Assembly: GCA_905331295.1 (NCBI GenBank)
Contig: CAJNYD010000209.1
Coordinates: forward strand, 1 to 64,000
Origin: Rotaria socialis
Lineage: Eukaryota
DNA length: 64,000 bases
Direction: 5' to 3'
The position numbers and the translations under genes were made by a program. Each line of letters opens with the position of its first letter. The first letter of the stretch is position 1. The notes below the pieces were generated by a model that saw nothing but the letters and a program-made list of their open reading frames with translations, made no database searches and was not told the origin of the DNA. This document shows positions 26,822-39,996 of this stretch, piece after piece.

Positions 26822-29812
26822 ATCTGTACAAATCTCACACATCGACGGATGCTTTTGTTCTAAATTATGTAGATTGGTTGCATCACGATTTTTATCAATA
26901 ACCAAATCAGGTTCTTCGGAATTTTCTACAAAATAGGATTATTCGTTTTAAGAGAAAAATATATTTAGAAAATAAAATTCTTACCAGATAGACATTTTTG
27001 GCCACCACTTGATATAGCTATTTCATCAATCCAAATTTTTAGTACTCTATCATTTATAACCTGAATTCTTCTTCTACATTCATTATTTACTTGCATGTAA
27101 CTTGGAAAATTTGGACTAGTAATAACTCCGTTTATATTTGAAATTGAATCACTTATATAACAAATATGATATGTTGTTATATTCGCTGTACCTCCAATCG
27201 ATTTACTTGGTGTATATTGACTCGTTGCATGTAAATAATCGGCATAATTATCTGAACACAATGCTAGTCGACGTCTAGGCTTCATCATTAACAATATGAT
27301 TTAGATGAAGTTCGTTTGAACAACTTGAATATAATAAATTAATTGAGCATTGCTCACACAAATCTGCGCTGCCAGTTTCACCATCTTCTATAAATCTGAT
27401 TTTATTCACTCTACAAATTGGTAAATAATCATTTAGATTAATATCAAGTGAGTAAATATTCATAATAGAATCTGCATATGTTTTCAATCGATACGTACAA
27501 TTCATTTTTTTAAGAGTTGGATAGTTATAACTTTAAAAACGACCACGCCGATTAATTTCTGCTGGAACTTTAGAACCATCTAGTGGACATGAAGTATTGA
27601 AAAGTAGCAATTTTATTACCACATGGTGCAACCAATTGATTTCCTGAATAGAAAAATGAACAGTTTTGATGACACGACAGTGCTGTTGCTATTGTAGTTG
27701 TACAATGTTTATCTGCCTCATGTACTTCACATTTATTGAATTGAGTAACACCAAATATATTTTTCGTAATAACTATGCCATAATTATCTGGACATTGAAT
27801 TGTACATGATTTGTCTAAAAAAGAAAAAGTTATAAATTTCAGTGGAATCGATCACTTAGATATATTACCTTGACACAGTTAAAAAATTCGAATTGATGAT
27901 GCTATCCCAAGTGTAGCATAAACAGGTGCAGTGGTAGCTTGAGATTGACGAATACTTATTTCTGATGGTAACGATGTTATTGTTCCATCCAGATTGAGAC
28001 AAGCATCATTTTTCGATTGATCTACTATGTCAAAATACATTCTCATCCCACGATATATTAATGAATGTGTTCTAACAAAATATTGAATAAATATATCGTG
28101 CATGTGCATAGTGTCGATACGTTCGAATCAGGGTTGCCAACTGTACCCCATTTGAACTTTTTGTATCCCGCAAAAAAATCGGTACCCCATTTGAGCTTTT
28201 CCCTTTACACTATATATATCAGTCATCTTTCGATTGAAATCAATGACATTTTTGGCTTTAACTATCGTTTTTCTTGTGGAGATAAAAGTGTTGATCATAT
28301 TAGCCGGCTGTCCAAGCAGACAAAAATTTGGAAAAACGCGTTTAATCGCTCAAAATAGATCCATGGTTGTGAGTCATTAGCGCTCATTAAAAACCGGAAG
28401 TAGCACATTTTATGTTCAAAATTTGTACTTTAAGAGCGTAAAAAAGACGGGAAAATTCAGTTTTTAGCGTTAAAGCGCACTTTTATTCTATAATGTAAAA
28501 ACAATGCGTTTTAGCACTTAAAAACTGGAGCTTTTCGCCGGCTTTCCGCTCTAAAAATGAATGTTTTGAATACATAATGCCTTTCTTGCGGGTTTTTAAT
28601 GAGCGTTAGTGGCTCACAATGGCCGTCCCATTTTAAACGTTTAAACGTGCTTTTCTAAATTTTTGTCTGCTTCGGTGGTGATTCAGTCATATGAAGCGCG
28701 CATGGACACCAAGTCGAAACTCGATGTCAACTGAGACAATTGCGGCTGAATGAAAAGTTAGGCTGAAGTTGAATACTAAGCTGAAATGTGAAGATTATTA
28801 TTTATTTGTACAGTCGCAACCAGAAATGGTCAAACTTGCCAAAAGCAAACAGCAATACCGTCATGAAAAACAAATGTGCGCCAGTTAATGTGAATACAGA
28901 ACTTTTTTTTTTCTAAATAAACATTTTTGTTTTATCTTTTGAACAGAACAATGTTGAAAACAGCAATAACTGCGAACTCTTTTGTTTGAAAACAAACATT
29001 CCAGATCATGACTTGCACATAGGCAGTTTAATGTGATCTTTCTTTCGCTAAAAATGCTATTGCCAGCCGTTGTGTGACGTCAATGTCTTGTCTTGTAAAA
29101 AACACTTAGTACCCCCACGAGCGTACCCCATTAGGAAAAGAATTGTACCCCATGTGTACCCCATTGGAAACGTTCTGTACCCTATTCGAGGCCTTAACAG
29201 TTGGCAACCCTGGTTCGAATACTATCAACAACATCGACATGACCTTGAGTGCAATCCTCAGGTGTTGAGCCAATATATCGATCAGTTAGCCATAAACGAA
29301 TTGCTTTATTGCTTGGTACATTTATCGAACGAAAACATTCGACTATTGTTGCTGTGATTTGAAACTGTCTTGAATAACCAGGACTTCTTATGATACCATA
29401 ATCACTTGTTATATCTGTACTGTTTTGACAAATTGTATACTCTTTTTTTCCATCAGCCATTGATATTGGAACACAATCGTATTCAATATGAACATTATCA
29501 TTGTATTTATCGTTACATTCTGATAGTCTTTTTTTTCTTGCAAATATTTCACATTGAGCACTATCTGTTGTACATATTACAATACTCATCGCATTCGCAA
29601 TACAATCGTCGGATGAATAAGTACATGAGTCGCATATTTTTGCAACACCATGCGAAGCACTTCTAATCATAATAACACGATTTGATGGGCACCGAAGCGT
29701 ACCCGTCAATGATGCACATATGTTTATTGACGGTATTGGTTGGGGTTTTTCCCTTTGTAAAAGCAAGACATTTTAATATCATTAGAATGAAATAGATTAG
29801 CTTCCACATCAT
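26822..29812 (-). pseudogene. Secreted SUEL/rhamnose-lectin-like + CUB repeat protein pseudogene
   Basis: Signal peptide MMWKLIYFILMILKCLAF, then frameshift. Lectin-like LRCPSNRVIMIRSASHGV...C...DC...HIEYDCVP and CUB motifs GIIRSPGY, IRLWLTD, GVITSPNFPSY, LKIWIDE. In-frame stops near 27880 and 27535, a frameshift near 28090, and a hAT MITE insertion. Confidence 0.8.
28129..29212. mobile_element. Non-autonomous hAT element (1084 bp) with 8-bp TSD
   Basis: 16-bp TIRs CAGGGTTGCCAACTGT / ACAGTTGGCAACCCTG. TSD GTTCGAAT at 28121-28128 and 29213-29220. Subterminal GTACCC repeats and an internal long imperfect palindrome at ~28313-28672. Confidence 0.93.
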
Positions 29813-30353
29813 ACAAAAGAAGGTAATCGGCTTTTTTCGTCTTTCAAATTAGTGGTATCTGATGTACAAACGAGTACTATATATTTCAGTTTTTTATTCA
29901 CTCAATTATTGAAAATCCAATTTTGTTTTTATCTTATGAATTCAGTATGAATTTCTCTTGCATCATTCATTGAATAATTCTAAACTATTAACAAGATAGA
30001 TTAAATATCGATAACATTGAAGAAAAACTTATAATCAAGTACTTTTTTCTTGCTCTCCTCGGTATGATTAATGAATTTGTAAAGTTAGTCTGATAATCTT
30101 TTTGTTGTTGATTTAAATACTGAAGTATTTCACCATGATCAATATACTGGAGGATTTTTTTTTCAATATTTAAAAAAATATGAGAAATGATTGCGAAGAA
30201 GTTGTTTCATTGAAAAATTATTTATTGTAAGAGAGTGAAAGCCAAAAAAATGCCGTACCTCAACGCACTAAAAAGTTTTCAGAAATTATTACAATATAGC
30301 TTTCAAGCACACAAGACTGTTGCATTTTCAATTCCTTGATTGTCTAACATCTT

Positions 30354-32216
30354 TTATGATGGTGATACTGTATTTTTCTTTTTCGCCTTATCCTTCGTTT
30401 CTTCCAATGTTCGCGATCGATACTCAGTCATTGTATAACCAACGATGCCGAATGAAAGAAATATAGCGAGAATAATGAGTACTAGACGAACACGAATGTA
30501 AGGCGTAATGATATAGAAGAAAGCGAATCCAGTCGACTCCCAGAGACGATAATTTGAAAATGCAGCTTCACGATTTTCCGTAAAAATAACTCCATAGAAA
30601 GCGTTGATCTGTGTTTGCCAAATCGCATCGGTCACACCCCAAAGAGCGGCCAAAACAAAGAGAACTGCGATTTGGTCTTGCGAAGGATGCCAAACAAGCA
30701 TCGTAATTATTAGAGCATAGTTAATAATCGCAGCAAAAGCAAAGCAAGGCCAACGTCCGACTAATTTCACAAGCTGACCAAAAGCAAAACTCCCAATAGA
30801 ATCACATATTCCATAGACCATCAAAATGAGACCGACATATTTGGCATTGAGCACACACGAGATAAAACCCTGTTTATAAAACATGAATAAAAAGAAAATT
30901 TTATTACCTAACCAGAGGAAAAAATTGAGCAAGTTTGTTAATCTACCTTGCTAAACTGTGTCCAAAGAAAGGATTGTTCAAGACCCGACCACACAGTAAT
31001 TGGAATCAGAAGAAGTTGATTGATATGACGCAAATGTTTAACTGTTGACACGAGTAATTTCATAGAATTACAAAACATAACTGACATTCGATCTATGTAT
31101 AAAACTCAACGAATAACATGAGAGAAAACTTGCATGGTAACGCCCTACCACGAGATGAAGTGCGTCGTTGATCGAGAAACACAGCTACTATCAAAATTGA
31201 GCAGACACATATACAAATATATATAATGCAAAGAATATCAATCTAAAGCATGATTCTATTGGGTTTTGCAACCAAAAATATATTCCCTACCGTTTTTCGA
31301 TCAATACGATTTGTATCCTCGACAGCTTGATATTCTTCTTCAATAAAATCCGCTCCACATTTCGCATAACTTTCGAACACTAATGATCTGTTATTTTCGG
31401 TTCCATTGATAGCATAGATTCTCTCTTCTGGCATCAATACCAAGTATGATATAAGATTACCCCAAATTTGACCTGTTTGATGGAAGAAATACGAAACATC
31501 GACTCTACCAGAATCGTATGGAAACATTATTTTGACAAACCTGATTGAAAGAACATGAAGAAAATGCCAAAATATCGATTGATGATTATATTCTTATCGA
31601 GTTTTTTCTCGAACGCATAGATTGAACCCATTTCTGTCAGATAAATACATTTCGATGTCCATAAAGGTGCTGCCGCTAATCCAACAAGTGCAGCAGCTAG
31701 TAACGAAGGAGACAGAATTCGAAAATATCAATCAAATCGTTTTATTTTTTACTTGGATACATGAAATAAGCTTTGGGATAATAATTTGCGACCATATATA
31801 GAAGATATCTATCGAAAATAAGTCAACCAATCCAATAATTCATATTCTTTCTTCTTCGCTGAAATATAATTTAATACTTACGGTATTTGAGATATTACTA
31901 TAGTCCATTTAAGACCAAATGTGGCGATTGATGGATGTGGTAAAAATGTAGCTGAGAGCAGAAGACATGCATAAATAATCGATAATGAATTAACACCAAC
32001 ATTGGCGTCGGTGTTGAGTGAACTTTGAAGATTTGCAATAGCACTAAATGCAGTAAATTGCAATAAGAATGCAAAGCAGATCACGAGTACATTTTTGAAT
32101 GCTCGAATGTCTGATGGAGACTTTTCTTTCGAAAAAATTGGGTCTGCACTACTAAAATTACCATCATTACCCACTGTTTGAACTAGTTCTGATTTTAGTT
32201 CGACACCTGTTACCAT
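30354..32216 (-). CDS. UNC93A: UNC-93 family MFS transporter (UNC93A-like), multi-exon
   Basis: KNVLVICFAFLLQFTAFSAIANLQSSLN, GLAAAPLWTSKCIYLT, NRYFGIFFMFFQS, GQIWGNLIS, QLLLIPITVWSGLEQSF, YGICDSIGS, AIWQTQINAFYGVIFTENREAAFSNYRLWESTGF are hallmark UNC-93 motifs. Confidence 0.9.
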
Positions 32217-32892
32217 CAATATCTTTAGTCAAAGAATTAATCAGACGATAATAATAATAACAATTCAAGAACGAATATACTTGAAGACAAGGACCCTATC
32301 TTATTTTGATTATTGGATCATTACAACGACAAGCAGAAAGATATGTATGTATTGATGTGTTTGAAAGTTCGTTCTAATCAAAGTTTTATGTGCAAAATAT
32401 AACCTTCGATGGAAAAGATAAGAATTGACATTCGACGCATCATACAGTTGAAAATAAAAATGTTATTGTTAATTTGCTTATTAAAGAATGAAAACTTCAT
32501 TCACCGAATAAGTTAATCCATGATTACATTTTAGCATTGCTAGTATTTGTAATGTCTTTCTTGACATTTTTGATCTATGTTGTCGAAATATAAAGCCACA
32601 CTTTGAGAGAATCTAATAGACATTATCGTTGGTGAAAGACACCTAACTTGACTTGACTCACCCATCTCTGATTATATCTATTTATTCAGTTCAAAGTATA
32701 GTTGTGAGTAAATAGGAGAGTTCCATGTGCACGCACATCCTCAAACTGAAGACCTGCAACCCATTGATCATGATATCTTTTGTAACAGAACAACAAGAAT
32801 TCTTTTTTTTCGTCCTTTCTTATCGTCTTTTGTCTATATCTCGAAAAATAATATCTTAATGCTTTTAAAGAACACACCACACTATTTTGACC

Positions 32893-35240
32893 ATGCAACT
32901 TACATTTATCATCTTTTTCATCTACGCTTACATTCCACTAGTTCAAAATACTCAACAGCAAATTGAGCTCGATGAAATTTCAATCAAACCAACAGTCGGA
33001 GAGCCATGGCCTAAACCTCAATCAATACAGACAACATCGGTACGTTTTGCTGTTCATCCAGCTGCTTTTCATTTTTTGACAAACGAGACAAGTCAACAAT
33101 GTGATTTACTACGCAATGCTTTCGATCGATATTATAAAATAATTTTCTTTCCACAAACATATATGTTACATTTGACTGATCCACTCTTAGCAGATATCAA
33201 AATTCATCATTTAAAAGAAGCATTGAGAAATGTATCCGATCTCGGTGATGTAACATTGCTTAAACGATTAATTGTCAATATTGAACAACCATGCGAAGAA
33301 TGGCCACGTCTGGAATCGAATGAATCATGTAAGAGACTTGAATAAAAAAGAAAGAGTTACCGCAAATCTGACTGCTTCGCTCAGAAAACATGATTCTATG
33401 TTTCATTCTAGATACGCTCGTTGTTAAAGAAGGACATGCTCTACTCGATGCTGTATCTGTATGGGGTGCTCTGCGAGGTCTAGAAACTTTCAGTCAGCTT
33501 ATCTATCCGGATAGCGATCTCCAAGTAATCAATCAAAGGATATTTTATAATTAATCTATTTTTCATTACTACAGTTTGCCATTAATGAAACTACTATTTA
33601 TGATTTTCCTCGTTTTCAACATCGCGGGTTTTTACTTGATACCGGGACACATTTTATTTCGCAAAAAACGCTTAAAATAAATTTGGTTAGTAAAATCTGC
33701 ATTGATATTTTCTTTTTTTTTAATCGTCCTACTTTTGATTTAGGAAGCAATGGCACAAAGTAAAATGAATGTTTTTCATTTTCATATTGTTGACGATCAA
33801 TCTTTTCCGTATGATTCAATCACCTATCCTGAACTCAGTGGTAAAGGAGCATTCGACCGAAATCATATTTATTCTCAAGCTGATATTGGTGAATTACTCG
33901 AATTTGCTCGACAACGTGGTATTCGAGTTTTTATTGAATTTGATTCACCAGGTTTGTATAGAAGACTATGCTCACATAGATTTTCATATTTTGCTTTAGC
34001 TCATAGTCGATCATGGGGTAGAGCATATGATATATTGACTCAATGTTATAGTGAAAAAAAACCAAATAATAAATTGGGACCGATGGATCCTAGTCGAAAT
34101 GCAACATTTGAATTTCTTAAAAATTTCTTTCATGAAGTTGCACAGATTTTTCCCGATCGTTATGTTCATTTGGGTGCTGACGAAGTTTATTTTGATTGCT
34201 GGTTAGATCTATTCAGTCATTGATTTTGATTTAAAAAATTCTTCTGTTTTAGGGAAAGTAATCCATCCATAACACAATTCATGAGACAAATGGAATTCGG
34301 AACAAACTATTCGTTGCTTGAGCAGTACTTTATGCAAACGTAATATTATTGAACGAGCTATTTTGACTCGTAGATATCAACAGTTTACTTATAGATTAAT
34401 TAATATTGTAAATGCAACTGGAAAGAATTATGTTGTCTGGCAAGATATTATTGATAATAATGTCACGTTGCAAACTGATACAGTTGTTGAAGTTTGGAAG
34501 GTTGCCAATACGTATATGCTGAACGAAAATCATCGCTTATCGTTTTTCTCGTTGTATAGGAACCCTATCCTGACGAAATGGCTCGAGTAACAAAATTAGG
34601 TTATAAAACCCTCTTATCATCATGCTGGTATGCAACTAGCTATCCTTGTAATTTAGAAAAGGCTATTGTGTCCTAGAATGGTTCACATTTCTCATGACAT
34701 ATTTTACTCAAAGACTAGAAAAAATCAGATTGTCTACAGTTTCGTTTTTCATTGAAATCAAAAGTATTCGTGTTGCTTAGGTATTTGAATCTTATTTCAT
34801 ATGGTGACGATTGGCATAAATACTACAAATGTGATCCATACAATTTCACAGGTAAACTGTTTTTTGTTTATATCGATCTTAACTTACTCATCATTTTGTT
34901 GTTCATGTAGGGACCGAAGAACAAAAGAAATTAGTCATGGGTGGTGAAGCCTGTATGTGGGGCGGTACGTTTTTTGCAAAAAACAAACACATACGGATGC
35001 GAAAATATTTCTATATTGTTCTTCATTGATGTAGAATATGTTGATTCAACGAACGTCATATCAAGCACATGGCCTCGAGCAGCAGCACCCGCCGAGCGTT
35101 TATGGTCATCGGTCGATACAAATGATGTAATAGAAGCAGCTCCTAGACTTGCAGAGCATCGTTGTCGATACTTACGACGAGGTATACCAGCTGCACCAGT
35201 CAACGGACCTGGCTACTGCCCAACTGAATATTCTGGCTAA
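32893..35240 (+). CDS. Beta-N-acetylhexosaminidase (GH20, HexA/HexB-like), multi-exon
   Basis: Signal peptide, then [74 protein letters not shown] (catalytic DE), [20 protein letters not shown]. Confidence 0.95.
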
Positions 35241-35582
35241 CGATTCAGTTGAACTTAACGTTTTGCTTTCGAACTTGATAGATTAAATACATTGTGAATA
35301 ATCTTTAGAATTTTTTAAGAGTTATCGAGAGGTGTTCCTTATACATTTAAAGAACTGTTTAGTCTTTATGTGTACACTGGATAGCAGATGGTTCTCAATT
35401 CCGTACAAAGTATCAATAGATTAGATTATGAAAGAAAATTTTAATTAATTATTTGACTCTTTAAAATATGGCTTATTTACTTTGTATTTTTATCAAATTC
35501 AAAGAGAACAATTTTACCTGTATTTATTTCCATGACATTTATTTATAAGTTTTAGAAAAGGTACACAGAAAGATTTATTACT

Positions 35583-37309
35583 TCAAGAAAAAAAGATGAA
35601 AAATAAATAGAGTGCCATCCAAATAGTGAAATTCATTTTAAATAATATATTTTTTGTTTCAAAATTTCTATTAGCTTTTGAAGCTATTTCTTCAATCGAA
35701 TGTCGATTGCAACCATCATGCGGACATGTATAACTGCAAAAAAAATCTAGTGTCTTATGTATATCGATCGCTGACATCGGTGGATCACACTCTTGTCGTG
35801 TTTGCGAAATTGCAGAACAGTCACGTTGAATAAATACTCCTAGGTAAAACAAAAATAAAGCATAATTCAACAAAGTACATGTGCGTAATAGGAATAAAAA
35901 TGCGCAGATGATTCGTTTCTTGTCTTACCGGGAGCGCCGAGAACGATAAATGAAAACAAAGAATGAAACAGTAATATATAAGTATAGTTTTCATGTCTCT
36001 TCCTACTATGTTTAAAACAATGGCTTTGACTCAATCAACGAGCAATATTATCATGATTCGACCGGCTTGTTTTTGTTTCAATACAGAAACAGCTAGTTCG
36101 AATGTATTTCAAAAAGATCAATATGCTGATCCATCAGCAGCAAATAAAATTCCACAGCAAGCTCTAAAAGAATTCGATCATATGGTCGAGCAACTACGTT
36201 CATATGGTGTTGATGTAGATGTAATTGATGATACACCGTCACCAATAAAACCTGATGCAATTTTCCCCAATAATTGGTTTTCAACACATTCCGATGGAAC
36301 AATTGTTCTCTATCCAATGCTTGCAGAAAATCGTCGTATCGAACGTCGGCAAGATATCATTAAAAACCTATGTCAAACGCATCATGTTACCGCTATTATT
36401 GATCTAAGTGTATACGAACAACGAAATCAATTTCTTGAAGGTACAGGTTCATTAGTACTTGATCGTATAAATAAAATTCTTTATGCTATACGATCACCAC
36501 GCACACATGAAACTGTTGTGCAACGTTTTACTGAATTAATCAATTATCAACAACCTCCGATTATATTCGATAGTATTGATGATAATCAAAAACCTATTTA
36601 CCATACAAATGTTATCATGGCTATTGGTACACGTGTAGCTATAATATGTTTAGAATCGATTGTAGATCAAGAACAAAGAAATACTATCGTAAAGTCTCTT
36701 GAACAAAATGGAAAAAGGAAAATTATTAATATTACACTTGAACAATTGAAAAATTTTGCTGGTAATATGCTTGAAGTAAAAAATAAGCAAGGTGATTATT
36801 TATTAGCTATGTCAAAGACAGCTTATGATTCATTAACTAACGAGCAAAAAAATCTTATTGAAGCAACCAACACTAAATTAATCTATTTCGATGTATCAAC
36901 TATCGAACAATGTGGTGGAGGAAGTGTACGATGTATGATTGCAGAAAACTTTCTAGCTGAAAATATTTAATTGATATTACGGGTGACTCTGTTTTTTTTA
37001 ATGATTACAAAAACGTTTTATTACCTCCATTTCTTGAAAATCCCATTCTATAAAGAACAGACATACAACTTTTGAAAGCATGATTGGAACCATTGTTTGA
37101 TGAAAAACACGGCAAAGGTTCTAAAGTACCATCTAAACAAGAATTATTTGGATTTAGTGCACTGTGTCGAATTGGACTTGTACATTGTATACATGATAAT
37201 TCAAAACCTACAAAATAAAAGCGCATGAAAACCTCTTTTCTTCTCAAAATACATAATACTGACTAGCTTGAATAAACCATCCAACAAAGAGTAGAAGGAT
37301 TTCGTTCAT
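35583..37309 (-). CDS. Ly6/uPAR (three-finger)-like, probably GPI-anchored protein; 3 exons (37264-37309, 37025-37207, 35583-35839)
   Basis: Signal peptide MNEILLLFVGWFIQAS. LSCIQCTS...C...C...C..., then IQRDCS...C...CSYTCPHDGCN, and a hydrophobic C-terminal tail. Both introns are GT-AG, phase 1 and in frame. Confidence 0.75.
35993..36970 (+). CDS. Intronless bacterial-type amidinotransferase-superfamily protein (CtlX / arginine-deiminase-related)
   Basis: MIRP..F.FN.ETA..N.FQ, PDAIFPNNWFSTH.DG...LYPM.A.NRR.ERR, FLEGTGSLVLDR, IYHTNVIMAIG, FAGNMLE, IEQCGGGSVRCMIAE (catalytic Cys). 325 aa, no introns. Confidence 0.9.
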   Translation: MSLPTMFKTMALTQSTSNIIMIRPACFCFNTETASSNVFQKDQYADPSAANKIPQQALKEFDHMVEQLRSYGVDVDVIDDTPSPIKPDAIFPNNWFSTHSDGTIVLYPMLAENRRIERRQDIIKNLCQTHHVTAIIDLSVYEQRNQFLEGTGSLVLDRINKILYAIRSPRTHETVVQRFTELINYQQPPIIFDSIDDNQKPIYHTNVIMAIGTRVAIICLESIVDQEQRNTIVKSLEQNGKRKIINITLEQLKNFAGNMLEVKNKQGDYLLAMSKTAYDSLTNEQKNLIEATNTKLIYFDVSTIEQCGGGSVRCMIAENFLAENI

Positions 37310-39996
37310 TTTCAAGTGCATTTTCATCACAACTAGAAGTGAATATCTAGTACGCACATTTTATATAATAATTAAAATAAAAGGACATTGTTGTTATTAT
37401 TAGTGAAAGTCAACTGAAGATTATACGCCGATATATTAAAAACAAAAAAAAGGCACAACAGATAGAAAGAAAAAGAACGCCAGAAGCAAATCTTTTCAAT
37501 TATCGTCTTCCCTCGTGATTCTTGGTGTTTGATTACTCGTAGATAAACAAAAAAGCGGAGTCGATAGTAGGGCAAACAAAGAAATAGCCACATTCCGATT
37601 GGGTACTTTAAACGATCATGTTTTTATATTTTTTTCTTAACAATCTGCAGCGATCGAATATTTCCGTATTTTTTTTTTGTATTCGAACTCGATCTAAGAT
37701 CACTTTCTGAATGACATTTAGAGATAAAAATATAATGATTTTTAATCGATTGTGTGACACATTGCTATCATTTTAAAAACAATAGTAATACGGTGTAAGA
37801 CAATACTATATTTTCCTGATAAAGTAAAAGTCGATACTTCATTTTTTTACTCAGCTTCCAATACATCCATCATTCATTTCAGTAAAAATAGCATCTCTAG
37901 AATCGACACTAGAGTGGCCAGATCTTCTGAGAAATAGGGGAAATTCTGAATTTGGAACATATTGAGATCGCTGCTTTGCCACTGAAACTAGGTACGATTA
38001 TACCCCATTACTATAATAAATCAATAGTGTTTCATCAATTTTCTCTATTAATCATCTTTTATATTCCTCGTTCGACTTCTTAATCTACGCAGAATGTATT
38101 TGATTTAGTTTTGCTTGTTTTCGTGAACGAGTTTTAAATTTAAAACGAAGCGCAACATTAAGTATCTTTCATTGATGTCTTCTTATTAGCTAAACGATAT
38201 ATTCACTATATTGTCTTTTGTTTTATTGAAATATCTTTGAAAATAAAGTTCCAGCCAATGAACAGAAACGCAGCAGAACTTTGGATGTCAGTGATGTTCG
38301 AATAACAGATCATGTCTACCTCGATTCTCTTGTAAAAAAAATCCCAGGCACAACTTGTCATACACATTGAAGCGTTTATACGTCTATAGCATTTCTTCTG
38401 TTAAAAAGAAAGAAGAAAAAAATTGAATATTCATAATACTTGACATTTACAGCAGAAATAAATCGTAAAAATAAATAATATCACGATCCTCTTTGAGAAG
38501 CTTTGTTGATTGAACTAATCAATAAAAGACAATAAACTATTTTCAACAATGAAGAGCATTTCATATCGAGACAATTCTATTGCTTTATTCGAAGTAAGCC
38601 ATTGCTTCCGATTTCATTCAATTTTATTAAAAGATAAAGTTAATCGATGAAATATTTCAGTCCAATTTTTTTTTCTACAGCTGTGATAAATATTCAAATG
38701 AATAGATAACCATATGAATGTAAATCTTTCTCATATGTCAGCTATCATCAATGATTCTATTGAAAAAGCATTTTCATGTATTATTTTTATAGTGAGAGCA
38801 CGTACACAACGAAAATGTTGGCTTTTGTATATCTATTCATCGATATAAATTGCTTGACTAAACTATTATGCAAAGGGTTGTGACTTTTTTTTTGTTTCTG
38901 TAGATTTTTGAAAAATAATGTAATATTATAATCTTGGGTGTGTCGGTATGAATGTTAATTTTTACTTCCATTTCATTTCATATCCAGTTCCGGTGGTTTG
39001 TGGTGTTTTCAAGTTGACATACTGTTTCTATCTTCCGGCTTTTCTCACTATTCTCTGTCGAGATCGGATCGTACTTATTCATCTGGAATCAATATATAAC
39101 TATTGGAATTTTGAAAAATAATCAGTACTACATCTGTTTCAGCAGTATAACTGGTTATCACAGTGCGTCATCTGTAAGTTCTGTAAAAATGGCCTGACTG
39201 ATATTGATCAGATATGATTTCTAATATGATGCTGATACAAGTCCAAATATAAGCGCTAATGATTCCAGTCAATATTTTCAAAAAAAAAAAATGATTCACA
39301 TACTGCACTTATGAATAGTTAGAAAAAAATAAGCTTATTCATTTAATCAGTCAGCAGTAGATCTTTTTTGCATCACTATATGCATTGCAAACTTGAATTT
39401 GTGATTGGTTACCAAATAGACATTGATAACTAATTTTGTCCTTTTACATTCTATGATTCGAAATTCTCTAGTGAAATAGTACTATGAATAAAGATCATTT
39501 TCTTTCAAGTTTTTCGCATATTCGATTTAAACAGATACGACGAAATCATTTAGTTTCATCTAGCTATTGTGAAAAAGGTGAACATAGATGTGTTAACTTT
39601 ATAACTCCCATAATCTCTCTGTCGCCTAATAGTGATGCTTGTACAGTATTTTTCATCATTTATTTATTTTTGCAGATTGGCTAGCTAATTTAATGAAAAA
39701 CAATTTATCAAACAATACTACTTAAATTCACTCTGTAAAATTAAATTCTGTCTGAAACTTTACTTATGATCGGATTCCATCAAAGAGTATGTTTTATGTC
39801 ATATGTTAAAATGATTAATATTGAAATCACTATATTCGAATGAATCTGTACTCGAGAAAAATACAGAAATGTCTAGGAAAATATAGAATTCCATACGTGA
39901 TAGTAAAATTTAATATTAGCTTCTATTTTGGTGCACATGGGCAATATGCATTTTTCTAGATAAGCTATTGAATATACGAAATTATTCGATAGAAAT

